A stretch of DNA of 64,000 nt from an uncultured beta proteobacterium (GTDB lineage: Bacteria > Pseudomonadota > Gammaproteobacteria > Burkholderiales > Burkholderiaceae_C). The stretch is taken from contig CAJBBZ010000191.1 of NCBI GenBank assembly GCA_903951445.1, forward strand, positions 2,316-66,315, in the 5' to 3' direction. The notes beneath the pieces are model-generated. The model saw only the letters and a list, made by a program, of their open reading frames with translations. It did not search any database and was not told the DNA's origin. Position 1 is the first letter of the stretch. Each line of letters starts with the position of its first letter. Shown piece after piece: positions 1 to 10,032 of this stretch. Made by a program: the position numbers and the translations under genes.

Positions 1-519
1 CTAGAAGGCATTTACGACGATCTGGAAAACGTCAGCCGCAAAGTGCTGGCCGGCAATGTCACCGACGAAATTGCTGGCGAAGCGCTAGCCGCCATCGCCC
101 GCCACGAAGACATGAGCGGGCGTATACGACGCAACGTGATGGACACGCGCCGCGCGGTGAGTTTCATGATGCGCTCCAAAATGCTCAACGCCGAGCAGTT
201 TGAAGACGCGCGCCAGATTCTGCGCGACATCGATTCACTGGATAGCCATACTGCTTTCTTGTTTGACAAGATCAACTTCTTGATGGACGCCACCGTCGGT
301 TTCATCAATATCAACCAGAACAAGATTATCAAAATCTTTTCGGTGGCCAGCGTAGCGCTGCTGCCGCCCACTTTGATTGCCAGTGTGTATGGCATGAACC
401 TGAAATTCCCCGAGCTGGAATTTTTAGGGGGCTGGAGCTACCCTTATACCGTCGCTCTGATGATAGGCAGCGCGCTGGTGCCTATGTGGTATTTCCGCAA
501 GCGGGGGTGGTTGAAGTAG
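1..519 (+). CDS. corA: Magnesium/cobalt transporter CorA, C-terminal part (5' end lies outside the window)
   Basis: Frame 1 is open from base 1. The translation contains YGMNLKFPELE (GMN signature) followed by C-terminal hydrophobic helices. Confidence 0.85.
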   Translation, partial: LEGIYDDLENVSRKVLAGNVTDEIAGEALAAIARHEDMSGRIRRNVMDTRRAVSFMMRSKMLNAEQFEDARQILRDIDSLDSHTAFLFDKINFLMDATVGFININQNKIIKIFSVASVALLPPTLIASVYGMNLKFPELEFLGGWSYPYTVALMIGSALVPMWYFRKRGWLK

Positions 520-555
520 TGTTTAACTTTGGCCAAGACAGCGCACTTGGCGGAG

Positions 556-1911
556 TTATTTAGCTGCGGAAGTAGCTTTGGCGATTGCGCTGACCATGCC
601 GTTGCACAGTGCAGCTCTTGCATCCGCTGGCCCCGTACCAGGTTGATTCGCCCCGTTGAAAAGATTGATTAGAAATGCAACTTGAGGCGAGGCAGGATCA
701 GGCCTAACCATCGTCTGCAATAAGTTATCCCACTGCTCCATCAACATCAAATCTGGATCAATAGAAAAAAGACTCACGATAATGTTTTTTGCGTCATAAA
801 CAATAGGCGTTTGGTAATTCTTCGTATTCATCTTCCATGGGCTGTAAGGGCTGGTCGTTCGACCATAGTCCCCATTGATATTCCAAATACTCCTGCGGGT
901 TAGTGAGCCGTGTTCTCCGTCACTGTTGCACACCGAGTCGGCTTGATCGGCAGCGCAGGTCAAGCAACCCAATGGGATTGTGGTTTGGTTTGCTTCGGTA
1001 TCCCCAATTCCTTTGCCGAAGATATATAGATTGGCATCACCAAAGGTATCTGCTGCAACGTTGACGGTTGCTTTTGAAGTGCCAGCCCGGGTCCCGCTCC
1101 CCACGGTCAGGGTCACTTCATAAGGCCCGGCAATATCAGCTGCAAATGACACCCTGTCAGAAGCAATTATTTTGAGTTTGGCAGTGCTTTTTTCAGGGGT
1201 GCTGGTTAAGGTCCATTGAAAGTTTGGCGAAGCGGTCGATGAGTCCACACTCTTACTGCCATCTAACACGATGGTTTTCCCAACGAGGGTTTGGCTGTCT
1301 ATAACGATGTTTGCTAGCGCCAAGTTTGCAAAATGGTCTCTAGCGGATTGCAGGCTAACAGGAGTGCTTGTCGCCACACCGTTCTTACTAACTTTGGCCG
1401 CCGTAATCAAAGCTATGAGCGGGCTGTTATTACTAGAGAAATTGCTCGGTATGTCGTTGAGATCTAGTCCCGTTGTTGACAGTGACTTGCTCTCCTCAGT
1501 CAGCTTTATTCCGTTACTTGGTTCTTGGTCGTTGTCTAAGCTTTGCAATAGCACCAATAAATTGTCCAACACATTCTCCCGATTGGTACTTTTCTTGGCT
1601 AGATCTAAGGGCGTGATGATTTCGCTGGCAGTAACCTCAGGTAAATCAATGCTGCCGATCGAAAAAATGACCGATTCACCAGGCAAAAATTTGAACTCAC
1701 CTTGCGCATTGGTGTAGCCGTTTAGCGTCTTGGTTCTGTACTTTATATTCTCAATTGCACTATCCACAAAGACGCCAATGGATGGAGTAGTTACGGTGAC
1801 GGGCGTCGGTGTAGGAGTGGGTGTAGGACTTGAGCTGCCACCTCCGCCACCGCAGGCGCTCAGGATCACGCCGCACAGAAAAGCAAACAAATACAAAACA
1901 ATTTTTTTCAT
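556..1911 (-). CDS. Lipoprotein of unknown function (PT-repeat linker, Ig/PKD-like middle region, Cys-containing C-terminal domain)
   Basis: 451-aa ORF. N-terminus MKKIVLYLFAFLCGVILSAC-GGGGG is a lipobox, followed by PTPTPTPTP. The gene is visibly AT-richer than both neighbours. I recognise no catalytic motif. Confidence 0.6.
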   Translation of the reverse strand: MKKIVLYLFAFLCGVILSACGGGGGSSSPTPTPTPTPVTVTTPSIGVFVDSAIENIKYRTKTLNGYTNAQGEFKFLPGESVIFSIGSIDLPEVTASEIITPLDLAKKSTNRENVLDNLLVLLQSLDNDQEPSNGIKLTEESKSLSTTGLDLNDIPSNFSSNNSPLIALITAAKVSKNGVATSTPVSLQSARDHFANLALANIVIDSQTLVGKTIVLDGSKSVDSSTASPNFQWTLTSTPEKSTAKLKIIASDRVSFAADIAGPYEVTLTVGSGTRAGTSKATVNVAADTFGDANLYIFGKGIGDTEANQTTIPLGCLTCAADQADSVCNSDGEHGSLTRRSIWNINGDYGRTTSPYSPWKMNTKNYQTPIVYDAKNIIVSLFSIDPDLMLMEQWDNLLQTMVRPDPASPQVAFLINLFNGANQPGTGPADARAALCNGMVSAIAKATSAAK

Positions 1912-2177
1912 GATGGGCTAGTAACAAGTATCACTGCGGGTGGCGTACATGCCTGTTGTGCAGGCCTAAACGCCACTGTGAATCTTCATGCCAAGCCCCT
2001 CGCGAAGCCTGACCTGACTGACATCGGCATCAACATGAAAGTTCTTGAGCCCTTGGCACCATGAAATCGTGCTCCCGCCCTCACAGTGCGCGGTTTCGCC
2101 CGTGCATCTGCGACGTAAGCGTCGGGATCGAGGTTCTGCGGTAGCCGCGACAAGGCCAGGCGAAGCGAAAGCCCGGC

Positions 2178-3626
2178 TTACTCAATCGCCTTGACCATGT
2201 CTTCAACCACCTTCTTGGCGTCGCCGAACACCATCATGGTTTTGTCCATGTAGAACAACTCGTTGTCCAGACCTGCATAGCCTGCGGCCATGGAGCGCTT
2301 GTTGACGATGATGGTTTTAGCTTTGTAGGCCTCCAGAATCGGCATGCCGTAAATCGCTGAACCTTTGATCATGGCCGCTGGGTTGACCACATCGTTGGCG
2401 CCCAGAACGATGGCTACATCCACCTGGCCGAATTCGCCGTTGATGTCTTCCATCTCGAACACCTGGTCGTAAGGCACTTCGGCCTCGGCCAGCAACACAT
2501 TCATGTGGCCTGGCATGCGGCCTGCCACGGGGTGAATAGCGTATTTCACCGTAATGCCTTTGTGGATCAGCTTCTCAGCCAACTCTTTCACCGCGTGCTG
2601 CGCGCGCGCTACGGCCAGGCCGTAGCCAGGCACGATGACCACGGTTTCAGCATTGCCCAAGATAAAAGCTGCGTCATCCGCGCTGCCGCTTTTCACCGGA
2701 CGTTGCTCGGTGCTGCCGGATGCTGCCGCGCCGGCTTCGCCGCCGAAGCCGCCCAAAATCACGTTAAAGAACGAGCGGTTCATGGCCTTGCACATGATGT
2801 AGGACAGGATGGCGCCAGACGATCCGACCAAGGAACCGGCAATGATCAACATGCTGTTGTTCAGTGAAAAGCCGATACCAGCCGCCGCCCAGCCCGAGTA
2901 ACTGTTGAGCATGGACACCACCACCGGCATGTCGGCGCCGCCGATAGGGATGATGATGAGCACGCCCAGCACAAAAGACAGCGCCAGCATGATGAGGAAG
3001 GCGTCCCAATTGCCAGTGAACATGAAGAACACGCCCAGGCCCAAAGTAGCCACGCCTATCGCTAGGTTCAGCATGTGCTGACCAGAAAACACCACTGGCG
3101 CACCCTGGAACAAACGGAATTTGTAGCTGCCAGAGAGTTTGCCGAAGGCGATAACCGAGCCGCTGAAGGTGATGGCGCCGATCGCCGCACCTAGGAACAA
3201 CTCCAAGCGATTGCCGTTGGGGATGTCCAGCGTGCCCAGACCTTGGGCCACGATTCCGAAAGCTGCGGGTTCGACCACTGCGGCAATCGCGATGAACACC
3301 GCGGCTAAACCGATCATGCTGTGCATGAAAGCGACCAGCTCGGGCATTTTGGTCATCTCGACGCGCTGCGCCATGATGGCACCGGCACTGCCGCCGATTA
3401 CCAAGCCGAGCAGCACCCACCCAAGACCTTGGACGGGATCAACCTGTCCGAGTTGTGTAGCCTGATTAAAAATCAACGCAGCCGTGGTGACGACCGCGAT
3501 CGCCATGCCACTCATGCCAAACAGATTGCCGCGTATAGACGTGGTTGGGTGCGACAGCCCCTTGAGCGCCTGAATAAACAAAATACTGGCGACCAAATAC
3601 AGAAGTACAACGAGGTTCATGCTCAT
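2178..3626 (-). CDS. pntB: NAD(P) transhydrogenase subunit beta
   Basis: 482 aa. Multi-helix membrane N-terminal part plus a C-terminal NADP(H) domain ([29 protein letters not shown]). Start overlaps the pntAB stop. Confidence 0.95.
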   Translation of the reverse strand: MSMNLVVLLYLVASILFIQALKGLSHPTTSIRGNLFGMSGMAIAVVTTAALIFNQATQLGQVDPVQGLGWVLLGLVIGGSAGAIMAQRVEMTKMPELVAFMHSMIGLAAVFIAIAAVVEPAAFGIVAQGLGTLDIPNGNRLELFLGAAIGAITFSGSVIAFGKLSGSYKFRLFQGAPVVFSGQHMLNLAIGVATLGLGVFFMFTGNWDAFLIMLALSFVLGVLIIIPIGGADMPVVVSMLNSYSGWAAAGIGFSLNNSMLIIAGSLVGSSGAILSYIMCKAMNRSFFNVILGGFGGEAGAAASGSTEQRPVKSGSADDAAFILGNAETVVIVPGYGLAVARAQHAVKELAEKLIHKGITVKYAIHPVAGRMPGHMNVLLAEAEVPYDQVFEMEDINGEFGQVDVAIVLGANDVVNPAAMIKGSAIYGMPILEAYKAKTIIVNKRSMAAGYAGLDNELFYMDKTMMVFGDAKKVVEDMVKAIE

Positions 3627-3925
3627 TTTTCAGCTCCTGACTTAGGGGCTTTTTTCTTGAACATTTCCAGCATTCGCCGCGTGACTAAAAAGCCGCCGAA
3701 CACATTGACAGCCGCCAGCGCTACCGCCAACACGCCCATGGTTTTACCCAGCGGCGTGACGGTGAGCGCCGCCGCCAGCATGGCGCCGACGATGATGATG
3801 GCCGACACCGCATTGGTCACTGCCATCAAAGGGGTGTGCAAAGCGGGCGTGACGTTCCAGACCACGTGGTAGCCGACGTAAATCGCCAGCACAAAAATAA
3901 TGAGGTTGGTGATGGTGTGGTCCAT
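3623..3925 (-). CDS. pntAB: NAD(P) transhydrogenase subunit alpha, part 2 (membrane)
   Basis: 100-aa hydrophobic protein lying between pntAA and pntB, the classic split-alpha arrangement. Confidence 0.88.
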   Translation of the reverse strand: MDHTITNLIIFVLAIYVGYHVVWNVTPALHTPLMAVTNAVSAIIIVGAMLAAALTVTPLGKTMGVLAVALAAVNVFGGFLVTRRMLEMFKKKAPKSGAEK

Positions 3926-3927
3926 GC

Positions 3928-5058
3928 TTATTTCCTTTTGACGTCGCCGCCCTGTGTCATCAGGCAGGCCGCCACGATGTCGTCTTCCATGTCAACGGTG
4001 AATCCCTTGTCTTTGGGCAGCACCAGTTTTAAAAAATCCAGCACATTGCGTGCATACAAGGCCGAGGCGTCTGCGGCCACCAGCGCGGGCAAATTGGTTT
4101 CACCGACCAAGGTCACGCCGTGTTTGATGACGGTGCGGTCGGCTTCGCTCAAGGGGCAATTGCCGCCAACACCATTGGCACCTTTACCGGCCGCCAAGTC
4201 GATGATGACCGAACCGGGCTTCATGCTTTTGACCATGTCCTCGGTGATCAGCACGGGCGCGGCGCGACCGGGAATCAATGCGGTGGAAATGACCGCATCG
4301 GCCTGCGCCACGCGCTTGGCCACTTCCAATTTCTGACGATCCAGCCAGCTTTGTGGCATGGGGCGCGCATAACCGCCCACACCTTCAGCTGCTTCTTTTT
4401 CTTCGGCGGTTTCATACGGCACGTCGATGAACTTGGCGCCTAGCGACTCGACTTGTTCTTTCACGCTGGGGCGCACGTCTGACGCTTCGATCACCGCACC
4501 CAAGCGCTTGGCGGTGGCAATCGCCTGCAAACCGGCGACGCCTACGCCCAAAATGACGACGCGCGCGGCCTTGACGGTGCCGGCCGCCGTCATCAACATG
4601 GGGAAAAAGCGCTGGTATTTATCGGCCGCCATCACCACGGCTTTGTAACCGGCGATGTTGGCTTGCGAGGACAAGACGTCCATGCTTTGCGCACGCGTGG
4701 TGCGCGGCGCGGCTTCCAGCGCAAAGCTGGTCAAACCGGCGGCGGCGATATGTTGCAAACCCTCGGCGTCAAACGGGTTGAGCATGCCCACCAATGCGCT
4801 GCCGGATTTCATGTGCGGCAACTCGGCGGCAGACGGTGCGCGTACTTTGAGCACCAGATCGGCGCCCAAGGCACCTGCTGCGTCGGTGATTTGCGCTCCT
4901 GCAGCTTCATAAGCCGCATCGGTAACGCTGGCAGCGACACCGGCGCCGGATTGCACCGCGACCGTATGCCCTTGGGCGATTATTTTTTTGACTGTTTCCG
5001 GGGTCGCCGCCACCCGGGTCTCGCCGGCAACGGTTTCGGCGGGGACGCCTATGTGCAT
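3928..5058 (-). CDS. pntAA: NAD(P) transhydrogenase subunit alpha, part 1 (NAD(H)-binding)
   Basis: 376 aa. [17 protein letters not shown]..., alanine-dehydrogenase/PNT fold with [22 protein letters not shown] Rossmann motif. Confidence 0.95.
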   Translation of the reverse strand: MHIGVPAETVAGETRVAATPETVKKIIAQGHTVAVQSGAGVAASVTDAAYEAAGAQITDAAGALGADLVLKVRAPSAAELPHMKSGSALVGMLNPFDAEGLQHIAAAGLTSFALEAAPRTTRAQSMDVLSSQANIAGYKAVVMAADKYQRFFPMLMTAAGTVKAARVVILGVGVAGLQAIATAKRLGAVIEASDVRPSVKEQVESLGAKFIDVPYETAEEKEAAEGVGGYARPMPQSWLDRQKLEVAKRVAQADAVISTALIPGRAAPVLITEDMVKSMKPGSVIIDLAAGKGANGVGGNCPLSEADRTVIKHGVTLVGETNLPALVAADASALYARNVLDFLKLVLPKDKGFTVDMEDDIVAACLMTQGGDVKRK

Positions 5059-5177
5059 GAAATCGCTCCTATAGATGGCAAATATCGATGGGCGGAGAGC
5101 TTAACTGAATAATAGGTGGCGCAAAACAGGCGTTTGAATTGGGCCTACGATGCCGGAACACGCTGCGTCGCTGGGCA

Positions 5178-5621
5178 TTAGGGCTTGTTCAGCGGGGGTA
5201 GCTCCAGTATCTGGCGTGCGGGGCCCTTCATGGCCTCGCCCACCTGCGCGCTGCGTGCGCTTACGGATTGCAAAAACAGTCCTTCGCCCAGCTTGCTTCC
5301 CACTTTATAGGTCTTGGGCGGCGCGCTGCCTACGACCAGCAGGGCATGGCCCTTGCCGCCCACTCCTGCCACCACCCCCAGCAACTGAATCGCCAGCGGC
5401 GCGGCAGCAGGCGCGGTATTGACAGGTGCCGCGCCTGCGCCCAGGGACTGTGCGAGCACGGATACATCGATTTGTGGCGCGGGCGCTAAGGACACCGAGG
5501 GCTGCCAAGGCGCGGCATTGCTCAAGGTTAATGCCCACCACGCGGCGCTGCCAGTGGCCAGAGCCGCCACACCAAAAGTGGCAGCCCGGATCCACCAAAT
5601 TTGAAACGCGCTTGTTTGCAT
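5178..5621 (-). CDS. gspC: GspC-like type II secretion protein (single TM + HR-like domain, no PDZ)
   Basis: 147 aa. One N-terminal TM helix (IWWIRAATFGVAALATGSAAWWAL), an Ala/Pro linker, then a beta-rich segment LAIQLLGVVAGVGGKGHALLVVGSAPPKTYKVGSKLGEGLFLQSV that resembles the GspC HR domain. Called from pattern only. Confidence 0.5.
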   Translation of the reverse strand: MQTSAFQIWWIRAATFGVAALATGSAAWWALTLSNAAPWQPSVSLAPAPQIDVSVLAQSLGAGAAPVNTAPAAAPLAIQLLGVVAGVGGKGHALLVVGSAPPKTYKVGSKLGEGLFLQSVSARSAQVGEAMKGPARQILELPPLNKP

Positions 5622-5690
5622 GCGCGGATTATCCGGGAATTCAGTTCTCCCAAGGCTGAATCAGGTTCGAATATCACATAGCGGTATCAT

Positions 5691-5704
5691 AGAAAGCGGT
5701 TTCA
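5691..5704. promoter_or_regulatory. Degenerate LacI-type operator upstream of the regulator gene (possible autoregulation)
   Basis: AGAAAGCGGTTTCA has 3 mismatches to the TGAAAGCGCTTTCA palindrome found four times in the locus. It lies ~45 nt upstream of the lacI-family start. Confidence 0.3.
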
Positions 5705-5750
5705 AGAATGCTCGTTGGCGTTTGAACAAGGTCTCTATTTCAACAAGTGC

Positions 5751-6803
5751 ATGAAAAATCAAACACCATCTTCCACGTCCAGCGCCCCGACTTTGCCCGA
5801 GCGCGTGACCGTGACGCTGGAAATGGTAGCCAAGCGCGCAGGTGTATCGCCCAGCACGGTGTCGCGCATATTGAATGGCACGGCGGTGGTAAGCGAGGCC
5901 AAACGCCAGGCCGTCATGGATGCGAGCCAGGAATTGGGCTTTGTGCCCAACCCGCTGGCGCGCGGCCTGGCTGGGGGCAAGACGTTCAGCATTGGCGTCG
6001 TCACCCAAGCGATCGATAGCCCTTTTTACGGTGCGGCTTTGCGTGGTATCGAAGACGCCCTGGACCCCGCGGGCTACAGCCCTCTATTTATGAGCGCGCA
6101 TTGGGACCCGGCAGCCGAGGCGCGCTGCCTGGACGTGCTGCGTTCGCGGCGGGTGGATGGCATCGTGGTGCTGATGCCGCGCTTGTCCGATGGCGCATTG
6201 GAAGCTTGCGCCCGGGCCTTGCCCATGGTGGTCACCGGGCGCGACTTGCGCGGCCCGCAGCTTTATTCCCTCAATTTCGACAATTTCAACGGCGGGCGCA
6301 TGGCCACCGAGCATTTGATTGCCCAGGGCCACCGCCAAATCGCGTTTATCGCCGGCGCTGACGAGCACCCGGACGCCGCCGAGCGTATGCGCGGCTACCG
6401 CTATGCCTTGGCCGAGGCCAAGATTGCCTTTGACCCGCGACTGGTAGTGCCTGGCCAATACCACGAGGTCAGCGGACTGGACGCCGCCAAAACCCTGGTC
6501 CAACAGGGTCTGCCCTTTACTGCCATCTTTGCTGCCAATGACCAAATGGCTTCGGGCGCAGCCCTGGGCTTGTTCCAAAGTGGTCTGCGCGTTCCGCAAG
6601 ATGTGGCCCTGGTCGGCTTTGACGACTTGCCTACCTCCATGTACGCCACACCGCCTTTGAGCACCATCCAGCAGCCGGCCTACGACTTGGGCCGCCTGGC
6701 CGCAGCGGCCATACTGGAACTGCTGGCAGGCAACACCCCTACCGAGCAGCTGCCGGCCCCGGCGCTGCTGGTGCGTGCCTCCAGCGAAAGCCACCACGCT
6801 TGA
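5751..6803 (+). CDS. LacI-family transcriptional regulator
   Basis: HTH VTLEMVAKRAGVSPSTVSRILNG plus a periplasmic-binding-protein-like sugar domain. ATG at 5751 is preferred over the TTG at 5715 given in the ORF track. Confidence 0.9.
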   Translation: MKNQTPSSTSSAPTLPERVTVTLEMVAKRAGVSPSTVSRILNGTAVVSEAKRQAVMDASQELGFVPNPLARGLAGGKTFSIGVVTQAIDSPFYGAALRGIEDALDPAGYSPLFMSAHWDPAAEARCLDVLRSRRVDGIVVLMPRLSDGALEACARALPMVVTGRDLRGPQLYSLNFDNFNGGRMATEHLIAQGHRQIAFIAGADEHPDAAERMRGYRYALAEAKIAFDPRLVVPGQYHEVSGLDAAKTLVQQGLPFTAIFAANDQMASGAALGLFQSGLRVPQDVALVGFDDLPTSMYATPPLSTIQQPAYDLGRLAAAAILELLAGNTPTEQLPAPALLVRASSESHHA

Positions 6804-6806
6804 TTC

Positions 6807-6820
6807 GGGAATACCCTAGG
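6807..6820 (+). promoter_or_regulatory. Conserved box A (GGGAATACCCTAGG)
   Basis: One of four copies of a GGGAAACCCTAGG-like box. Each copy is oriented toward, and upstream of, a LacI-type operator. Confidence 0.45.
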
Positions 6821-6852
6821 GCCCAGGCCCAAATCCGGCTCTTATAATTTAC

Positions 6853-6866
6853 TGAAAGCGCTTTCA
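6853..6866. promoter_or_regulatory. LacI-family operator, perfect palindrome TGAAAGCGCTTTCA
   Basis: Exact 14-bp palindrome upstream of the ABC importer operon. Identical copies at 17208, 17355 and 21821. Confidence 0.75.
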
Positions 6867-6885
6867 AAGCAGCCTTAGGCTCGTG

Positions 6886-6901
6886 TGAAATCATGCTTTC
6901 A
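6886..6901. promoter_or_regulatory. Variant palindrome TGAAATCATGCTTTCA (same half-sites, spacer 2 nt longer)
   Basis: TGAAA/TTTCA arms with a 6-nt centre. It overlaps the first ATG (6893) of the binding-protein ORF. Confidence 0.3.
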
Positions 6902-6934
6902 CTACTTTTCCCACTTCTACTTCAAAAGGCGCAT

Positions 6935-8191
6935 ATGGCACAGCGAATCCTTTCCCGCACTTTACAAATCTCCTGCCTGTGGCTAGCCACAGCTTTCGGG
7001 GCTGCGTTTTCGCAGACCGTGCTCAATATCGCGGCCTTCCCGGCGGTCGATGAAATCGCCAAAGCGGCCATTCCGGCTTTTAAGAAAAAGCACCCGGACG
7101 TGGAAGTCAAGATCACCAGCCGCGCCTACCCTGACCACCACACCGCCATGACCACGGCGCTGTCCACCTCGTCCAACCTGCCAGACGTGATGGTGGTGGA
7201 ATACGGCTATGTGGGCCGCTTTGCCGAAGGCGGCGGGCTAGAAGACCTGGGCGCTGCGCCCTACAACATGCAAGCGCAGCGCGCGCGCATCGTGCCATTT
7301 GCGTATGCCCAAGGCACGTCCACCAGTGGCGCACTGGTCGCCATGCCCACCGACATTGGCCCAGGCACTTTGCTTTACCGCACCGATATCTTGAAAAAAG
7401 CCGGGCTCACCGAAGCCGACCTGACCAAATCCTGGGACGGCTTTGTCAACTCCGGCTTGAAGATCAAGTCCAGCACCGGCGCCTACCTGGTGGCCCATGC
7501 GCGTGACATCAAAGACATCATGATCCGCGCCGACCTGAAAACCGGCGAAGCCATGTACATCGACAAAACCGGCAAAGTGCTGGTGGATTCGCCGCGCTTT
7601 GTACGAGCTTTCGAAATGGCCAAAAAAGTGCGCGACCAAAAGTTGGACGGCAAAATCGGCGCCTGGTCCAATGAATGGTCCGAAGGCTTTAAGCGCGGCA
7701 CCATCGCCACCCAAATGACCGGCGCTTGGCTGGCCGGCCACCTAAACAACTGGCTCGCCCCCGAAACCAAAGGCCTGTGGCGTGCCGCCCAATTGCCCGA
7801 AAAAGCATTTGGTTCTTGGGGTGGCAGTTTTTACAGCATCCCCAAGGCCGCCAAGAACAAAGCCCTGGCTGCAGACTTCATCCAAATGATGACGCTTACC
7901 CCGGATTTGCAACTGGCCGCTTTCAAATCGCAGGACGCCTTTCCTGCCCTGCTTGAAACGCATAAAGACGCCTTTTTTGACCAGCCGATTGAGTTTCTGG
8001 GCGGCCAAAAAGCACGTTTAATCTGGCGTGAAGCGGCGCAAAAAATCAATGCGGTGGATGTACACAAGCTTGACCCTATTGCCGAAGAAATCGTCAACAC
8101 TGAGCTTGACAAAGTGCTGGACCAAGGTAAGGACGTGCGCACTGCGCTGGCCGACGCCAAAGCCTTGCTGGAGCGCCGCGTTAAGCGCTAA
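6935..8191 (+). CDS. ABC transporter extracellular solute-binding protein (CUT1 family, oligosaccharide)
   Basis: Signal peptide MAQRILSRTLQISCLWLATAFGAAFS-QT. Family-1 SBP architecture, followed by two MalF/G-type permeases. The second ATG was chosen as the start. Confidence 0.82.
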   Translation: MAQRILSRTLQISCLWLATAFGAAFSQTVLNIAAFPAVDEIAKAAIPAFKKKHPDVEVKITSRAYPDHHTAMTTALSTSSNLPDVMVVEYGYVGRFAEGGGLEDLGAAPYNMQAQRARIVPFAYAQGTSTSGALVAMPTDIGPGTLLYRTDILKKAGLTEADLTKSWDGFVNSGLKIKSSTGAYLVAHARDIKDIMIRADLKTGEAMYIDKTGKVLVDSPRFVRAFEMAKKVRDQKLDGKIGAWSNEWSEGFKRGTIATQMTGAWLAGHLNNWLAPETKGLWRAAQLPEKAFGSWGGSFYSIPKAAKNKALAADFIQMMTLTPDLQLAAFKSQDAFPALLETHKDAFFDQPIEFLGGQKARLIWREAAQKINAVDVHKLDPIAEEIVNTELDKVLDQGKDVRTALADAKALLERRVKR

Positions 8192-8248
8192 GCCCGCACT
8201 GCCCATCACCGCAGCACCGCCGACAAACGCCTCACGCTAAGCAATTGC

Positions 8249-9172
8249 ATGACTCCGCGTTTGTCGCCTGCCGCTGTGCCGTATGTGCTGCTCAGCCCAT
8301 TTGTGGTGCTGTTTTTGGTGTTCGGCGTTTTCCCCTTGGTGTTTTCTTTTTATCTGGCTTTTCAAAGCTGGGAGCCCACCGCCGGACTGTCGGCCATGAA
8401 GTTTGTCGGGTTAGACAATTTTGCATTCGCCATTACCGACGAATGGTTCTGGAAATCCCTAAAAAACACCGCCTGGCTTGCGCTGGTGTCCGGCGTGCCA
8501 CAACACCTAGTGGCGATACCGCTGGCCTACTTTATCCATACCTCTTTCAAGCGCAGCCGCAATTTCGTGATCGGGGCTTACTTCCTGCCCTACATCACCA
8601 GCACCGTGGCGATTGCCATGATGTTCAGCACCTTGTTTTCTACCGACTACGGGCTGATCAACCAAGCGCTGCTCTCCTTGCACCAACTGCCGGGGCTGGC
8701 CTGGCTTGCACCGGCACAGCCCGTGGATTGGTTGGGGCGCGCTGAAAATGTCAAACCCGCAATTTCCTTGGTGGTGTTCTGGCGCTATGTGGGCTTTAAC
8801 ACCGTGCTGTATCTGGCGGCTTTGCAGACCATCCCGGCTGATATTTACGAAGCCGCCACCATGGACGGCGCAGGGCGCTGGCAGCAGTTTTGGTTTATCA
8901 CGCTGCCTAGTTTGCAGCCCATGATTTATTTCGGCGTAACGCTCAGCGTGGTGGGCGGCTTGCAGTTGTTTGAAGAGCCCTTCATCCTGACCGGCGGGCG
9001 CGGCGGCACCGACCAGAGCGGCATGACTACCGCCATGTATATGTATCGCACGGCCTTCGAGTTCAACGACTTTGGCGGCGCCAGTGCGCTGTCCTGGCTC
9101 TTGTTTGTTTTTGTGGCTTTACTGACCTGGCTCACCAACCGCGCCTTCAAGCCGCGCGGGCCTTCTGCATGA
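8249..9172 (+). CDS. ABC sugar transporter permease (MalF/UgpA-like)
   Basis: 307 aa, multi-TM, with EAA-type loop (EAATMDGAGRWQQFWFITLP). Confidence 0.9.
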   Translation: MTPRLSPAAVPYVLLSPFVVLFLVFGVFPLVFSFYLAFQSWEPTAGLSAMKFVGLDNFAFAITDEWFWKSLKNTAWLALVSGVPQHLVAIPLAYFIHTSFKRSRNFVIGAYFLPYITSTVAIAMMFSTLFSTDYGLINQALLSLHQLPGLAWLAPAQPVDWLGRAENVKPAISLVVFWRYVGFNTVLYLAALQTIPADIYEAATMDGAGRWQQFWFITLPSLQPMIYFGVTLSVVGGLQLFEEPFILTGGRGGTDQSGMTTAMYMYRTAFEFNDFGGASALSWLLFVFVALLTWLTNRAFKPRGPSA

Positions 9173-10008
9173 GCAGCGCTGCGTCAGCCCCCAGCCAACT
9201 CGCACCGCGCGCCGCTTATCTGATGGTGGCGCTGGGTGCAGTGGTGATGCTGCTGCCGTTTTATTTCATGTTCGTGTTTGCAAGCCATTCGCGCACTGAA
9301 ATATTTAACCTGCCGCCGCCGCTGTTTTTTGGCGACAGCTTCTTGGCCAATATGGAGATATTGACCAACAAGATTCCGTTTTGGCGCAGCCTGGGTTGGA
9401 GCTTGTATGTGGGCCTGGCGTCCACCGCGCTCACGCTCTTGTTTTGCTCCATGGGCGGCTATGCGTTTGCGATGTTTGAGTTTCGCTTCAAGCAGCCCCT
9501 CTTCACCTTGGTCATGGCCACCATGTTGCTGCCTTCGTTTCTGGGCATGATTCCCAGCTTCATGATCATGGACGCTTTCGGCTGGATCGACCAACCGCGC
9601 GCGCTCTACATCCCCGGCGCGGCCAGCGCCTTTGGCATTTTCATGATGCGCCAGTTCATCAGCAGCGCCATCCCGCGCGAGCTGATCGAGGCAGCGCGCA
9701 TGGACGGTTGTGGCGAGTTGGGCATCTATTGGCGTATCGTGCTACCGCTGCTCAAGCCCGCCATGGGCACCTTGGGGTTGATCACCTTCATTGCCTCGTG
9801 GAACAACTTCATCGGCCCGCTGATCGTCATGCGCTCGCCCGAGATGTACACCTTGCCCCTGGCCCTGCGCAGCATGCAAAGCCCGGTCAACACCGAGTGG
9901 GGCGCCGTCATGGCGGGCTCCGCTATTGCCACCTTGCCGCTGCTGGTCTTGTTTGCGATTTCCTCGCGCCGTTTGATCGATGGCCTGACCGCAGGCGCTG
10001 TGAAATAA
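9169..10008 (+). CDS. ABC sugar transporter permease (MalG/UgpE-like)
   Basis: 279 aa, multi-TM, with EAA loop (EAARMDGCGELGIYWRIVLP). ATGA start/stop overlap with the preceding permease. Confidence 0.9.
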   Translation: MSSAASAPSQLAPRAAYLMVALGAVVMLLPFYFMFVFASHSRTEIFNLPPPLFFGDSFLANMEILTNKIPFWRSLGWSLYVGLASTALTLLFCSMGGYAFAMFEFRFKQPLFTLVMATMLLPSFLGMIPSFMIMDAFGWIDQPRALYIPGAASAFGIFMMRQFISSAIPRELIEAARMDGCGELGIYWRIVLPLLKPAMGTLGLITFIASWNNFIGPLIVMRSPEMYTLPLALRSMQSPVNTEWGAVMAGSAIATLPLLVLFAISSRRLIDGLTAGAVK

Positions 10009-10032
10009 GTATTCGTTGGACGCACTCAAAAA

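Noticed and set aside
1795-1835. Short tandem repeat (ggtgta/ggagtg units) that might look like a microsatellite or array.
   Set aside because: It is simply the coding sequence of the PTPTPTPTP linker of the lipoprotein on the minus strand.
1921-2177. 267-nt gap between the AT-rich lipoprotein gene and pntB, examined for a gene remnant or RNA.
   Set aside because: All six frames give only short, unrecognisable peptides. I could support no convincing hairpin or terminator, or any RNA motif.
5655-5690. GGTTCGAAT string resembling a tRNA T-arm.
   Set aside because: The flanking sequence gives no acceptor, anticodon or D stems. It lies in the gspC-like/lacI divergent promoter region.
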